Source: Alphaproteobacteria bacterium (lineage in GTDB: Bacteria > Pseudomonadota > Alphaproteobacteria > Bin95). Taken from it: DNA of 64,000 nucleotides. Below the pieces are notes generated by a model. That model did no database searches. It was not told the origin of the DNA and worked only from the letters and a program-made list of their open reading frames with translations. Within the stretch, counting starts at the first letter, position 1. Each line of letters opens with the position of its first letter. The DNA lies in the NCBI GenBank assembly GCA_965205265.1, contig CBDBGH010000003.1:3008001-3072000 (forward strand), read 5' to 3'. This document shows, piece after piece, positions 38,792-50,489 of the stretch. Both the position numbers and the translations under genes were made by a program.

Positions 38792-39679
38792 ATGCGCCTC
38801 ACTCTGCTCGGCACCGGCACGCCGGCGCCCTCGCTGAGGCGCATGGGCTCGGGCTATCTGGTCGAGACCGGCGGCGACACCATCGTCTTCGACCACGGGC
38901 CCGGCGCGCATCACCGGCTGCTGGAGGCGGGCCGGCGCGCGGTCGATGTCACCCACTGCTTCCTCACCCACCTGCATTACGACCACTGCATGGACTATGC
39001 GCGGCTCGTGATGAACCGCTGGGACCAGGGCGCGGGCGAGCTCGGCGAGCTGCAGGTGTTCGGACCGCCGCCGACGGCGCGTATGACCGGTCTCCTGTTC
39101 TCGCCGGAGGGGGTTTACGGCCCCGATATCGAGGCGCGCACCCGCCATCGCTGCAGCCTCGACGTGTACGAAGCGCGCGGCGGTGCCGGCGAGCGCGCCC
39201 GGCCCGACCCGCAGGTGCGCGAGGTCGGCCCGGGCGATGTCGTGGAGGGGAAGGACTGGCGCGTCACGGTGGGCGAGGGCTGGCATTTCCAGCCATACCT
39301 GCAATGCCTCGCCTACCGCATCGACACGGATGCGGGCTCGATCTGCTATTCCGGCGACAGCGGCGGCGTGTGCCCCGACATTATCGAATTGGCGCGGGGC
39401 GCGGATGTGCTGATCCACATGAACCATTTCTTCACCGGCACCGAGCCGTCGCCGGAATACCGCCGCGCCTGCGGCAACCATAGGGACACGGCCGAGGTGG
39501 CGGCCGAGGCGGGCGTGGCGACCCTGGTGCTGACGCATATCACGAGCCAGATCGACACGCCCGTCATGCGCTCGCGCATCTTGCGCGAGATGGCGCCGGT
39601 TTTCGGCGGCGACATCGTCTGGGGCGAGGACCTGATGGAGGTCCCGGTCCGGCAGGCAGACATCGGGCGGATCGACTGA
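38792..39679 (+). CDS. MBL-fold hydrolase (RNase Z/arylsulfatase-like)
   Basis: LLGTGTP, THLHYDH, YSGDS and LVLTH motifs. Confidence 0.88.
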   Translation: MRLTLLGTGTPAPSLRRMGSGYLVETGGDTIVFDHGPGAHHRLLEAGRRAVDVTHCFLTHLHYDHCMDYARLVMNRWDQGAGELGELQVFGPPPTARMTGLLFSPEGVYGPDIEARTRHRCSLDVYEARGGAGERARPDPQVREVGPGDVVEGKDWRVTVGEGWHFQPYLQCLAYRIDTDAGSICYSGDSGGVCPDIIELARGADVLIHMNHFFTGTEPSPEYRRACGNHRDTAEVAAEAGVATLVLTHITSQIDTPVMRSRILREMAPVFGGDIVWGEDLMEVPVRQADIGRID

Positions 39680-39699
39680 CGGGTCGGGAAGGCGGAACG

Positions 39700-40755
39700 A
39701 TGAACGATATCCTGAATGCCGGGCCGGCTCCGGTGGAGACGCCGCAATGCTGGCGCGGCCCCGACATGGCGCGGCGGCCGGAACTCTGGACGCATGAGCT
39801 CGCGCCGGAAGAGGTCGCGGAGATCGAAGCGGCGGCCGCGCGCCTCGACGAGGTGCCCATTCTGGAGATCGTCCGCGACCCCCTGCCGAAACTGTCCGGG
39901 CGGCTGGGCCGCATCCGCGAGGAGGTGCTGCACGGCATCGGCTTCCAGGTGATCCGGGGGCTGCCGGTCGGGCGCTGGCCGCTCAGGCGCGCGGCGGCAG
40001 CCTTCTGGCTCATCGGCCTGCATCTGGGCGAGGCGGTCTCGCAGAACGGCAAGGGCCATGTGCTGGGCCATGTCCGCGACCTCGGCCTCGACTACAGCCT
40101 GGCGGAGACGCGCGGATACCAGACGAATGCGCGCCTGCCCTACCACACCGACCAGTCGGACCTCGCCTGCCTGCTCTGCCTGCGCACCGCGCGCGAAGGG
40201 GGGCTGTCCTCGCTGGTGAGCTCGGTCACAGTCTGGAACGAGATGGTCCGCCGCCGCCCGGACCTGGCGGACGCGCTCTGCCGGCCCGTCGCCCGCACGC
40301 GCTGGGGCGAGGTGCCGGAAGGCAGGAAGCCCTGGGCGGATGTTCCGGTGTTCGTGCCCTGGCGGGGCAATGTGGTCACGACCTACACGCGCAGCGCCGT
40401 GGAGAAGGCCCGCGCCATGCCCGGCCCGCCGGAGCCGGACGCGCTCCAGGCGCAAGCGATGGACATGATCGACGCGCTCGCCGCCGACCCGGCGTTGCAT
40501 CTCGACATGGCGCTGGAGGAAGGCGACATCCAGATCGTCTCCAACCACCGCATCCTGCATTCGCGCACCTCCTATGTGGACTGGGAGGACCCGGCCAGGA
40601 AGCGCCACATGCTGCGCCTCTGGCTCGCCTGCGCGGACGGGCCGGACCTGCCGCCGCTGATGACGGAGGAATACCAGGAGGCGACCGCGTCCGGCCGGCC
40701 GAACGGCATTCGCGTGCCGGGCGTGCCGCTGTCGGCGCCTCTTTCTGCCAATTAG
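39700..40755 (+). CDS. TauD/TfdA (clavaminate synthase-like) dioxygenase
   Basis: PYHTD, NHRILHSRT and RHMLRLWL motifs. Confidence 0.88.
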   Translation: MNDILNAGPAPVETPQCWRGPDMARRPELWTHELAPEEVAEIEAAAARLDEVPILEIVRDPLPKLSGRLGRIREEVLHGIGFQVIRGLPVGRWPLRRAAAAFWLIGLHLGEAVSQNGKGHVLGHVRDLGLDYSLAETRGYQTNARLPYHTDQSDLACLLCLRTAREGGLSSLVSSVTVWNEMVRRRPDLADALCRPVARTRWGEVPEGRKPWADVPVFVPWRGNVVTTYTRSAVEKARAMPGPPEPDALQAQAMDMIDALAADPALHLDMALEEGDIQIVSNHRILHSRTSYVDWEDPARKRHMLRLWLACADGPDLPPLMTEEYQEATASGRPNGIRVPGVPLSAPLSAN

Positions 40756-40853
40756 ATTCGGGCGAAGCCCGGTGCTATTGTCCGCCCCCCGCGCCGGGGA
40801 GACCGTCCCCCGCGCCCGTTTCCGCGCCGTGCGTGGGTTGGGACGATCCTGAT

Positions 40854-41324
40854 ATGACCGCGAAGACCGTCAAGTTCCTGCTGTCGGACGGCAGCACGAT
40901 CCATGTCGAAACCCTTGCCGGCGAGGCGGAACCGCCTGAAGACGCGGCCGCAGGCAGCATGGAGATCGTGCCGCGGTTCGAGCGCGCCGCCTCGCGCCTG
41001 CAACCGCTGGCCGGAACCCTGCTGGAGCAGGTGAAGGCGGCGGAACCGGGAAAGGTGGCGATTGCGTTCGCGCTGAAGTTCGACGCCGCCGGCGAGCCGG
41101 TGGTGGCGGCCGGAGACGAAGGCGCGGCCTTCCGCATCACGCTGGAATGGCAGCGCGGCGCGCGGCCCCCCGACCGGCAGGGCGACAACCGCAGGGGCCG
41201 GCCCTTCGAGGACAGGCGGGGCGACGACCGCCGCGGCGGCTATGACGACCGGCGGGGCCCGCCGAGGGGCGGCGGACCGAGGCGGCCCGGCTTCCGCAAG
41301 GACCGGGACCGCGACCGGGACTGA
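40854..41324 (+). CDS. Trypco1 (CU044_2847)-like protein with R/G/D-rich tail
   Basis: SDGSTIHVE...PGKVAIAFALKFDA..G..VVA.G...AAFRITLEW, then DRRGDDRRGGYDDRRG...DRDRDRD. Confidence 0.7.
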   Translation: MTAKTVKFLLSDGSTIHVETLAGEAEPPEDAAAGSMEIVPRFERAASRLQPLAGTLLEQVKAAEPGKVAIAFALKFDAAGEPVVAAGDEGAAFRITLEWQRGARPPDRQGDNRRGRPFEDRRGDDRRGGYDDRRGPPRGGGPRRPGFRKDRDRDRD

Positions 41325-41330
41325 TCCGCC

Positions 41331-41771
41331 CTACTGGGCCCCGGCCGGCTGGCTGAAGCGGCCGACATTGCCGAGGATCTGTTCCAGAATGGTGATCGAA
41401 TGGCCGGCCGTTGGCGTCTCGCGGCTGATCAGCACGACCTCGCGGCCGCTTTTTGCGTCCTTCGTCCCGATCTCGGACAGCAGGCCGCCGTCGTCGAAGC
41501 GCAGAATGAGGATATGGCGCTCGATCAGCTCGGGGTCAAAGAACGCCTCGCGCCAGGTCGTCTCGCCGATATAGTACCAGGTGTTGTCGTCCAGGGCGGC
41601 CGTGCTGGAGGGCGACCCGAGCGCCTGCAGCACCTCGTCGCGGGTCGCCGTGCCCGAGGCGAGCTTCTCCACCGCCTGTTTCGGCACCACATAGCCGCGA
41701 TGGTCTATCGCGGGCGTGCAGCCGGCAAGCACGAGGCCAAGCGCGACAAGCATGGCGGCAATCCGTATCAT
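41331..41771 (-). CDS. bamE: Outer membrane assembly lipoprotein BamE
   Basis: Lipobox LAGC, HRGY, LGSPS, WYYI and ILEQILGNVGRF. Confidence 0.9.
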   Translation of the reverse strand: MIRIAAMLVALGLVLAGCTPAIDHRGYVVPKQAVEKLASGTATRDEVLQALGSPSSTAALDDNTWYYIGETTWREAFFDPELIERHILILRFDDGGLLSEIGTKDAKSGREVVLISRETPTAGHSITILEQILGNVGRFSQPAGAQ

Positions 41772-41807
41772 GGGCAGCGCTTTCCCGCTCCGGAGTTCCG
41801 CTTCTTG

Positions 41808-42371
41808 ATGGCGAGACGAGGCCCCGCTGTCAATCTCGGCGCGCTGAAACGCCTGTTTTTCAGGCCGCAGCCCGCGGATGCAGCGTGGCAACTCTACCGC
41901 GCGGCCGTCGATGCGGCGCGCCGGCCGGCGGTCATGCTGGCGCTCGGCGTGCCGGACACGCTGGACGGGCGGTTCGAGCTGGTGACCCTGCATGCCGCGC
42001 TGCTGCTCAGGCGCCTGCAGCGGGCCCCGGCGCTGGCGGGGCTGGGCCAGGGGCTGGTCGATCTCTTCGTTGCGGACATGGACCAAAGCCTGCGGGAGAT
42101 GGGCGCGGGCGACCTCTCGGTCGGCCGCAAGGTGAAGCGGATGGCGTCGGCCTTTTACGGCCGGCTGGACGCCTATAGCGACGGGCTCGACCGGGGCGGC
42201 GACCTCGCGGCCGCGGCGGAGCGCAACCTCTACGGCACCTTGGAGGCCGCGCCCGGCCAGGCGGAGCGCGCGGCGGCCTATATCCGCGCGGTCGAGGCGG
42301 CGCTGGCCGCTGAGGAGGACGCCCGGCTTGCCGCCGGCGAGGTTTCGTTCCCGGACACCCCGCCATGCTGA
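41808..42371 (+). CDS. Ubiquinol-cytochrome c chaperone (Cbp3/UQCC1 family)
   Basis: GVPDTLDGRFEL, DMDQSLREMGAGDLSVGRKVKRMASAFYGR. Confidence 0.9.
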   Translation: MARRGPAVNLGALKRLFFRPQPADAAWQLYRAAVDAARRPAVMLALGVPDTLDGRFELVTLHAALLLRRLQRAPALAGLGQGLVDLFVADMDQSLREMGAGDLSVGRKVKRMASAFYGRLDAYSDGLDRGGDLAAAAERNLYGTLEAAPGQAERAAAYIRAVEAALAAEEDARLAAGEVSFPDTPPC

Positions 42372-42874
42372 CCTTGCGCATCCTCCGCCCCGAGACCGAG
42401 ACACGTATCGAGGCGCGCGCGACGGAGGCGGAATGCCGGGCGCTCGCGGGGCTGTTCGACCTGCCGGCGGTGCATGCCGTCGAGGCGGTCTTTGCCGTCC
42501 GGCCGCTGCCCGGGGGCGGGCTCGAACTGGAAGGCCGGGTGGCGGCCCGGCTGCGGCGGCTCTGCGTGGTGACGGCGGAGCTCTTCGACGAGGACTTCGC
42601 CGAGCCGGAAACGCGGCGCTACCTGCCGGGGCCGGTCGAGGCGGAGGAGGGCGAGATCGAGGTCGCCGCGCTGGAGGAGGACGCGCCCGAGCCGCTGCCG
42701 CCGGAGGGCGTCGATCTGATGGAGCTGGTGTCGGAGGTGCTGGCGCTCGGCCTCGACCCGCATCCCCGCGCCCCCGGCGCCGACATCGCCGAGCTCGAAT
42801 ACGACCCGGAGGCAGACGAGGAGCCGGCAGGCCCCTTCGCCGCGCTAGCCGCGATAAGGGAACGGGACGGATGA
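42365..42874 (+). CDS. YceD/DUF177-family protein
   Basis: CVVT, VDLMELVSEVLALGLDPHPRAPG and GPFAAL motifs. Confidence 0.85.
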   Translation: MLTLRILRPETETRIEARATEAECRALAGLFDLPAVHAVEAVFAVRPLPGGGLELEGRVAARLRRLCVVTAELFDEDFAEPETRRYLPGPVEAEEGEIEVAALEEDAPEPLPPEGVDLMELVSEVLALGLDPHPRAPGADIAELEYDPEADEEPAGPFAALAAIRERDG

Positions 42875-42884
42875 GGACGCAGCA

Positions 42885-44615
42885 ATGCTGACGAAACTCA
42901 CGGTCCGCAATTTCAAGCGGTTCGAGGACGTCGAGATCGAGCTCGGCAATCCGGTGGTGTTCGTCGGCCCGAACAATTCCGGCAAGACGACGGCGATGCA
43001 GGCGCTCGCGCTCTGGGATGCGGGTTTGAAGCAGTGGCTGGCCAAGCGCTCCGGACGGACGGCGCCCGAGAAACGCCCCGGCGTCACGGTCAACCGCCGC
43101 GACCTGACGGCCATCCCGGTCCCCAGGGCCAACATGCTCTGGCACGGGCTGCATACACGGCGCGTCGAGCGCGGCGAGGACGGTAATCAGCGCACCGACA
43201 ATATCCGCATCGACGCGATCGTCGAGGGCGTTACCGAGGACCGGCATTGGGCCTGCGGCCTCGAATTCGACTATGCCAATGAGGAATCCTTCTATTGCCG
43301 CCCGCTGCGGACCGGCGGGGGCGGGCGGATGCCTGTGCCCTCAGAGGCCGGAAAGACGCAGATCGCCTTCCTGCCACCGATGTCCGGGCTTTCCGCAACG
43401 GAAATCCTTCTGCCCGACGGCGCGGTCAAGGTGCGCATCGGCGAGGGGCGCACCGCCGAAGTGCTGCGGAACCTCTGCTACGCCATTTCCAGCGACACGG
43501 ACCGGCCCGGACTTTGGGAAGGGCTGGTCGCGCAGATCGACCGGCTGTTCGGCGTCCGGCTCGAAGAGCCTCGCCACGCGCCGCAGCGGGGCGAGATTGA
43601 GATGGCCTACAGGGAAAACGGCGTTCTGCTCGACCTCTCCTCCAGCGGGCGGGGTTTGCAGCAGACGCTGCTGATCATGGCCTATCTCTGCGCCAATCCC
43701 GGCAATGTGCTGCTGCTGGACGAACCGGACGCGCATCTGGAGATACTTCGCCAGCGCGAGATCTACCGCCTGCTCTCGGAGACGGCCGCGCAGAGCGGCA
43801 GCCAGGTCATCGCCGCAAGCCATTCGGAAGTGCTGCTCAACGAAGCCGCCGGGCGGGACCTGGTTGTCGCCTTTGTCCGTCGGCCGCGAACGATCGGGGA
43901 CAGGGGGAGCCAACTCTACAAGGCGCTCGCCGAAATCGGATGGGATCACTATTCGCAGGCGGACCAAAAGGGCTGGGTGCTTTATCTGGAAGGCTCCACC
44001 GATCTGGCGGTTCTCCAAGCCGTTGCAATGCGTCTGGGCCATGAAGGCGCCATAGAAGCGCTGCAGCGGCCGTTCGTCCATTATTGCGGCAACGAGCTAC
44101 GCAGGGTGCGCGAACATTTCTACGGCCTTGCCGACGCCGTGCCGAAACTGCAGGGCCTCGCCCTGTTCGACCGGCTGGAGAGCGCACAATCCGGCGAAGG
44201 CAGCCTTCGCATCGTCGATTGGCGTAAACGGGAAATTGAAAATTATCTCTGCACGCCGACGACCCTGGAGGCATGGGCAGCTGCGTCCGCACCGAACGAA
44301 TGGAGCGGGCCGTTATTCACCGCAGCGCAGGCTGAAAGACGGGTGCAGGCGATGCGCGAGGCTATCGAAGAAACCTCCGATGCATTGCGAAGGTTGAACA
44401 GGGGGTCGCCCTGGGATGGAGATATGAAGGTGAGCGACGAGTTTTTGCCACCGCTTTTCGGCAGCTATTTCGAGAAATTAAACCTGCCCAACCTGATGCG
44501 GAAGAAGAATTTCCACGAGCTTGCCGACCATGTCCCCGACAGCGAGATCGACCCGGAAATCCGGGAGAAACTGGACGCCATCGCGCAGGTGGCGGAAAGC
44601 GCCGGGCAGTCATGA
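42885..44615 (+). CDS. ABC-type ATPase fused to a TOPRIM-like domain (OLD-like nuclease)
   Basis: GPNNSGKT, SSGRG, LLLDEPDAHL, ASHS, LYLEGSTD and REIENYL motifs. Confidence 0.8.
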   Translation: MLTKLTVRNFKRFEDVEIELGNPVVFVGPNNSGKTTAMQALALWDAGLKQWLAKRSGRTAPEKRPGVTVNRRDLTAIPVPRANMLWHGLHTRRVERGEDGNQRTDNIRIDAIVEGVTEDRHWACGLEFDYANEESFYCRPLRTGGGGRMPVPSEAGKTQIAFLPPMSGLSATEILLPDGAVKVRIGEGRTAEVLRNLCYAISSDTDRPGLWEGLVAQIDRLFGVRLEEPRHAPQRGEIEMAYRENGVLLDLSSSGRGLQQTLLIMAYLCANPGNVLLLDEPDAHLEILRQREIYRLLSETAAQSGSQVIAASHSEVLLNEAAGRDLVVAFVRRPRTIGDRGSQLYKALAEIGWDHYSQADQKGWVLYLEGSTDLAVLQAVAMRLGHEGAIEALQRPFVHYCGNELRRVREHFYGLADAVPKLQGLALFDRLESAQSGEGSLRIVDWRKREIENYLCTPTTLEAWAAASAPNEWSGPLFTAAQAERRVQAMREAIEETSDALRRLNRGSPWDGDMKVSDEFLPPLFGSYFEKLNLPNLMRKKNFHELADHVPDSEIDPEIREKLDAIAQVAESAGQS

Positions 44616-45016
44616 AGGCCGAAGAAGTGGTCCGGCGGCTTCGGCTGGAGCCGCATCCGGAGGGAGGCTTCTACCGGGAGATTTACCGCGCGCCCGGGGA
44701 GGGGCGGACGGCCGTCACCTCCATCTACTTCCTGCTGGAGGGCGGGCCGTCGCGCTGGCACCGGGTCGATGCGCCGGAAATCTGGGCCTGGCACGGGGGC
44801 GCGCCGCTGGTGCTGGAGACGGAATCGGGCCGCGTGACGCTCGGGCCGCTGGAAGAGGGTCACGAACTCCAGGCGGTCGTGCCGGCGCATGAATGGCAGC
44901 GCTGCCGGTCCTTCGGCGCCTGGAGCCTCGCCGGCTGCATCGTCGCGCCTGCCTTCACCTTCGAGGGCTTCGAAATCGCCCCGCCCGGCTGGGAGCCGCC
45001 GGGCTCAGGCCTCTGA
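44612..45016 (+). CDS. Cupin_5 (DUF985) protein
   Basis: LEPHPEGGFYRE, TSIYFLL, SRWHRV and VAPAFTFEGF motifs. Confidence 0.9.
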   Translation: MKAEEVVRRLRLEPHPEGGFYREIYRAPGEGRTAVTSIYFLLEGGPSRWHRVDAPEIWAWHGGAPLVLETESGRVTLGPLEEGHELQAVVPAHEWQRCRSFGAWSLAGCIVAPAFTFEGFEIAPPGWEPPGSGL

Positions 45017-45331
45017 GTCGGTCAGCAGCATGAGGCCGCCGGCGCCGACCACGATCATCGCGATCAGGCCCGCCTTCAGGAGGCTCATCTTCTCGCCGAA
45101 CAGGACGACGCCCGCCAGCACGACCAGCGCCGTGCCGACGCCCGACCAGATAGCGTAGGCGGCGCCGACCGGAATCGCCCGGAGCGCGAGCGCCAGGAAG
45201 AAGAAGCACACGCCGTAGGCGAGCATGGAAAGACCGCCGATCCCGACCCGCTCGAAGCCGTGGGAAAGCTTCAGCAGGCCGGTGCCGACGGTCTCCAGCA
45301 GGATGGCGAGCGCCAGATACGCCCAGGCCAT
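45005..45331 (-). CDS. SMR family multidrug efflux transporter
   Basis: AILLET (conserved Glu), IPVGAAYAIWSGVG; 4 TM. Confidence 0.9.
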   Translation of the reverse strand: MAWAYLALAILLETVGTGLLKLSHGFERVGIGGLSMLAYGVCFFFLALALRAIPVGAAYAIWSGVGTALVVLAGVVLFGEKMSLLKAGLIAMIVVGAGGLMLLTDSEA

Positions 45332-45344
45332 CCCCTTTGTCTCC

Positions 45345-46142
45345 TTATCCGCAGGCGGTTACGGCCCGGCGGGCCATGACGCCGACCAGATGCGCGCGGT
45401 ATTCCGCCGAGGCGTGGATGTCCTCGTTCAGGTCGTCGGCCGAGGCGGTCATGCCATCGAGCGCGGAGGCTGAGAAGTTCCCTTCCAGCGCCGCTTCCAT
45501 CGCCGTCTCGCGATAGACGCTTGCGGCCGCGCCGGTGACAGCGACGCGCACGCCGCCGCCGGTCGTCCGGGCGACGAACACGCCGACGATGGCGTAGCGC
45601 GAGGCCGGGTTCGGGAACTTCATGTAGGCCGCCGTCTCCGGCGCCGGGAAGCGCACGGAGGTCACGATCTCGCCGTCTTCCAGCGCGGTCTCGAACATAC
45701 CGGTGAAGAAGTCGTCGGCCGCGATCTCGCGCCGGTCGGTGCAGACGGTCGCGCCGAGGCCGACCAGGGCTGCCGGATAGTCGGCGGCGGGGTCGTTGTT
45801 GGCGATCGAGCCGCCGATGGTGCCGCGGTTGCGGACCTGCGGGTCGCCGATATGGCCGGCAACGGCCGCCAGCGCCGGGATCGCCGCCGCCACCTCGGAG
45901 GAGTTGGCGACCGTATCGTGCGTGGTCATCGCGCCCACCGTAACCGCGCCGCCGGACACCTGGATGCCGCTCAGCCCGGCGATGCCGCCGAGATCGACCA
46001 CGTCGGAGGGCTGCGCGAGACGCTGCTTCAGGGTCGGCAGCAGGGTCATGCCGCCGGCCATCAGCACCGCGTCCTCTCCGGCGGCGGCTTTGGCGGCGGC
46101 GTCCGCAACCGAACTCGCCGCGTGATAGGTGAAGTCATGCAT
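45345..46142 (-). CDS. CoxM/CutM-like FAD-binding subunit
   Basis: AGGMTLLP, IGDPQVRNRGTIGGS and NPASRYA motifs. Confidence 0.9.
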   Translation of the reverse strand: MHDFTYHAASSVADAAAKAAAGEDAVLMAGGMTLLPTLKQRLAQPSDVVDLGGIAGLSGIQVSGGAVTVGAMTTHDTVANSSEVAAAIPALAAVAGHIGDPQVRNRGTIGGSIANNDPAADYPAALVGLGATVCTDRREIAADDFFTGMFETALEDGEIVTSVRFPAPETAAYMKFPNPASRYAIVGVFVARTTGGGVRVAVTGAAASVYRETAMEAALEGNFSASALDGMTASADDLNEDIHASAEYRAHLVGVMARRAVTACG

Positions 46143-46187
46143 GGGAAGGAGACTCCTTTGGCTCAGGCGTCGGCGCCTGCAGAGGAC

Positions 46188-48542
<2,355 letters not shown>

Positions 48543-48545
48543 GGG

Positions 48546-49025
<480 letters not shown>

Positions 49026-49184
49026 GGGAACGCATCCTCCTGGAGTTCCTGAGCGCGAGTGTTGTCCCGACATGGCGGCCGGGTCAAGCAGCATTAGCGC
49101 GCGGGCGCGGGGCGGGCGCAGTTTCCCGGACCTCACAATCCGGCTTTGATTTCCGCGCCGCCCCCGGATAAGCCGGGAGCCGCT

Positions 49185-50479
49185 ATGCGATGCTTTTACA
49201 TGCAGGCTTTCGGCGCGTTGCTTGCGCTCGCTGCGGGCGTCGCAATGCCGCCCGGCTCGGCCGCCGACGCCAACCGGACCGAGGCCGAATGGCTGCGGCT
49301 TGCCGTCGAGCGGCTGTGTCCGGAGCCGGGACTCACCGGCCTCGACGCGCAGGACGCCTTGTCCGGCAGCTGGCTGCTGAACGAGACCCGACGGCCCGAG
49401 AGCGGGAACCCCCGGCGAATTGTGGTGCGCCTGCTGCTGCCGGGGGCGGGTGAACTCACTGTCGAGCGGCGGCAATTCGGCGGCAGGCTGCGCCAATTCC
49501 TGGTTTCCTATGCCGCGCATGACGGCGAAGACGCTCGGCCATCCCTCCAGGCTATCGCCGACGGGAGCTGCGCGATCCGGTCCGGGCGCGCGATCCGGCG
49601 GGAGGACGGTGGCCGGCACTATCTCGACCAGCTGGAAAGCGACCTCCGGACGCTGAAATGGACCGAGACCCTGCAGGCCCCGTGGCCCGCAGGCGAAGAC
49701 CCCGGCGGCGTCCGGGTCGCACTCGTGGACTCGGGGCTGGCCTACGACCTGCCGCTGTTCCGCGACCGGCTGGCCCGTGACGGCGAGGGCATGCCGCTCG
49801 GCTACGACTTCTGGGACCTCGATCCCTGGCCCTATGACGGGGACACCGCGCGCGGCCCCTTCCTCCCGATCCGCCACGGCACGGCGGTCGCATCGGTGCT
49901 CGCGCGGGAGGCGCCGGACGCAGCCCTCATTCCGTTCCGCTATCCCCGCCCCGACATGACCCGCATGGCCGCGCTGGTCCGCCGCGCGGCCGAGGCGGGC
50001 GCCCGCATCCTCGCCATGCCGCTCGGCAGCCGCAATCCGGAGGACTGGCGCGGGTTCGAAAATGCGCTCGCCAGGCACGATATTCTGGCCGTCGTCTCGG
50101 CGGGGAATAACGGCCGCGACATCGACAGGGACCCGGTCTATCCGGCCTCATCCGCGCTCGAAAACATCCTCGTCGTCACATCGGCGGACGGCTTCGGGCG
50201 CCTCGCCGGGGGTCGAACTGGGGCCGGGAGAGCGTGGATGTCATGCTGCCGGCGGAGAATGTCGGGATCGTCGATTTTCGCGGCGCTTCGGGGACGGCTT
50301 CCGGCTCCAGCTACGCGGTTCCGCGCCTTGCCGCCCTTGCCGCGAGGCTGCTGGCGCGGGAGCCGGGACTGACTGCGGCCCGGCTCAAGGCGCGCATCCT
50401 GACGCGCGCAACGCCGTCTCCCTATGAACGGGAGGGCGTCGTGGCCGCCGGCTGGATTCCGGACCCGCTCGCGGATTGA
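49185..50479 (+). pseudogene. Secreted S8 (subtilisin-like) peptidase, split by a 1-bp frameshift at ~50208-50212
   Basis: VDSG, RHGT and SAGNN in the first frame; SNWG..VDV and GSSYA (catalytic Ser) in the frame ending 50479. Confidence 0.8.
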
Positions 50480-50489
50480 CCCGCGCTGG

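Noticed and set aside
42885-44615. Gabija or retron-associated OLD system
   Set aside because: No GajB/UvrD helicase or RT adjacent; the downstream gene is an ordinary Cupin_5.
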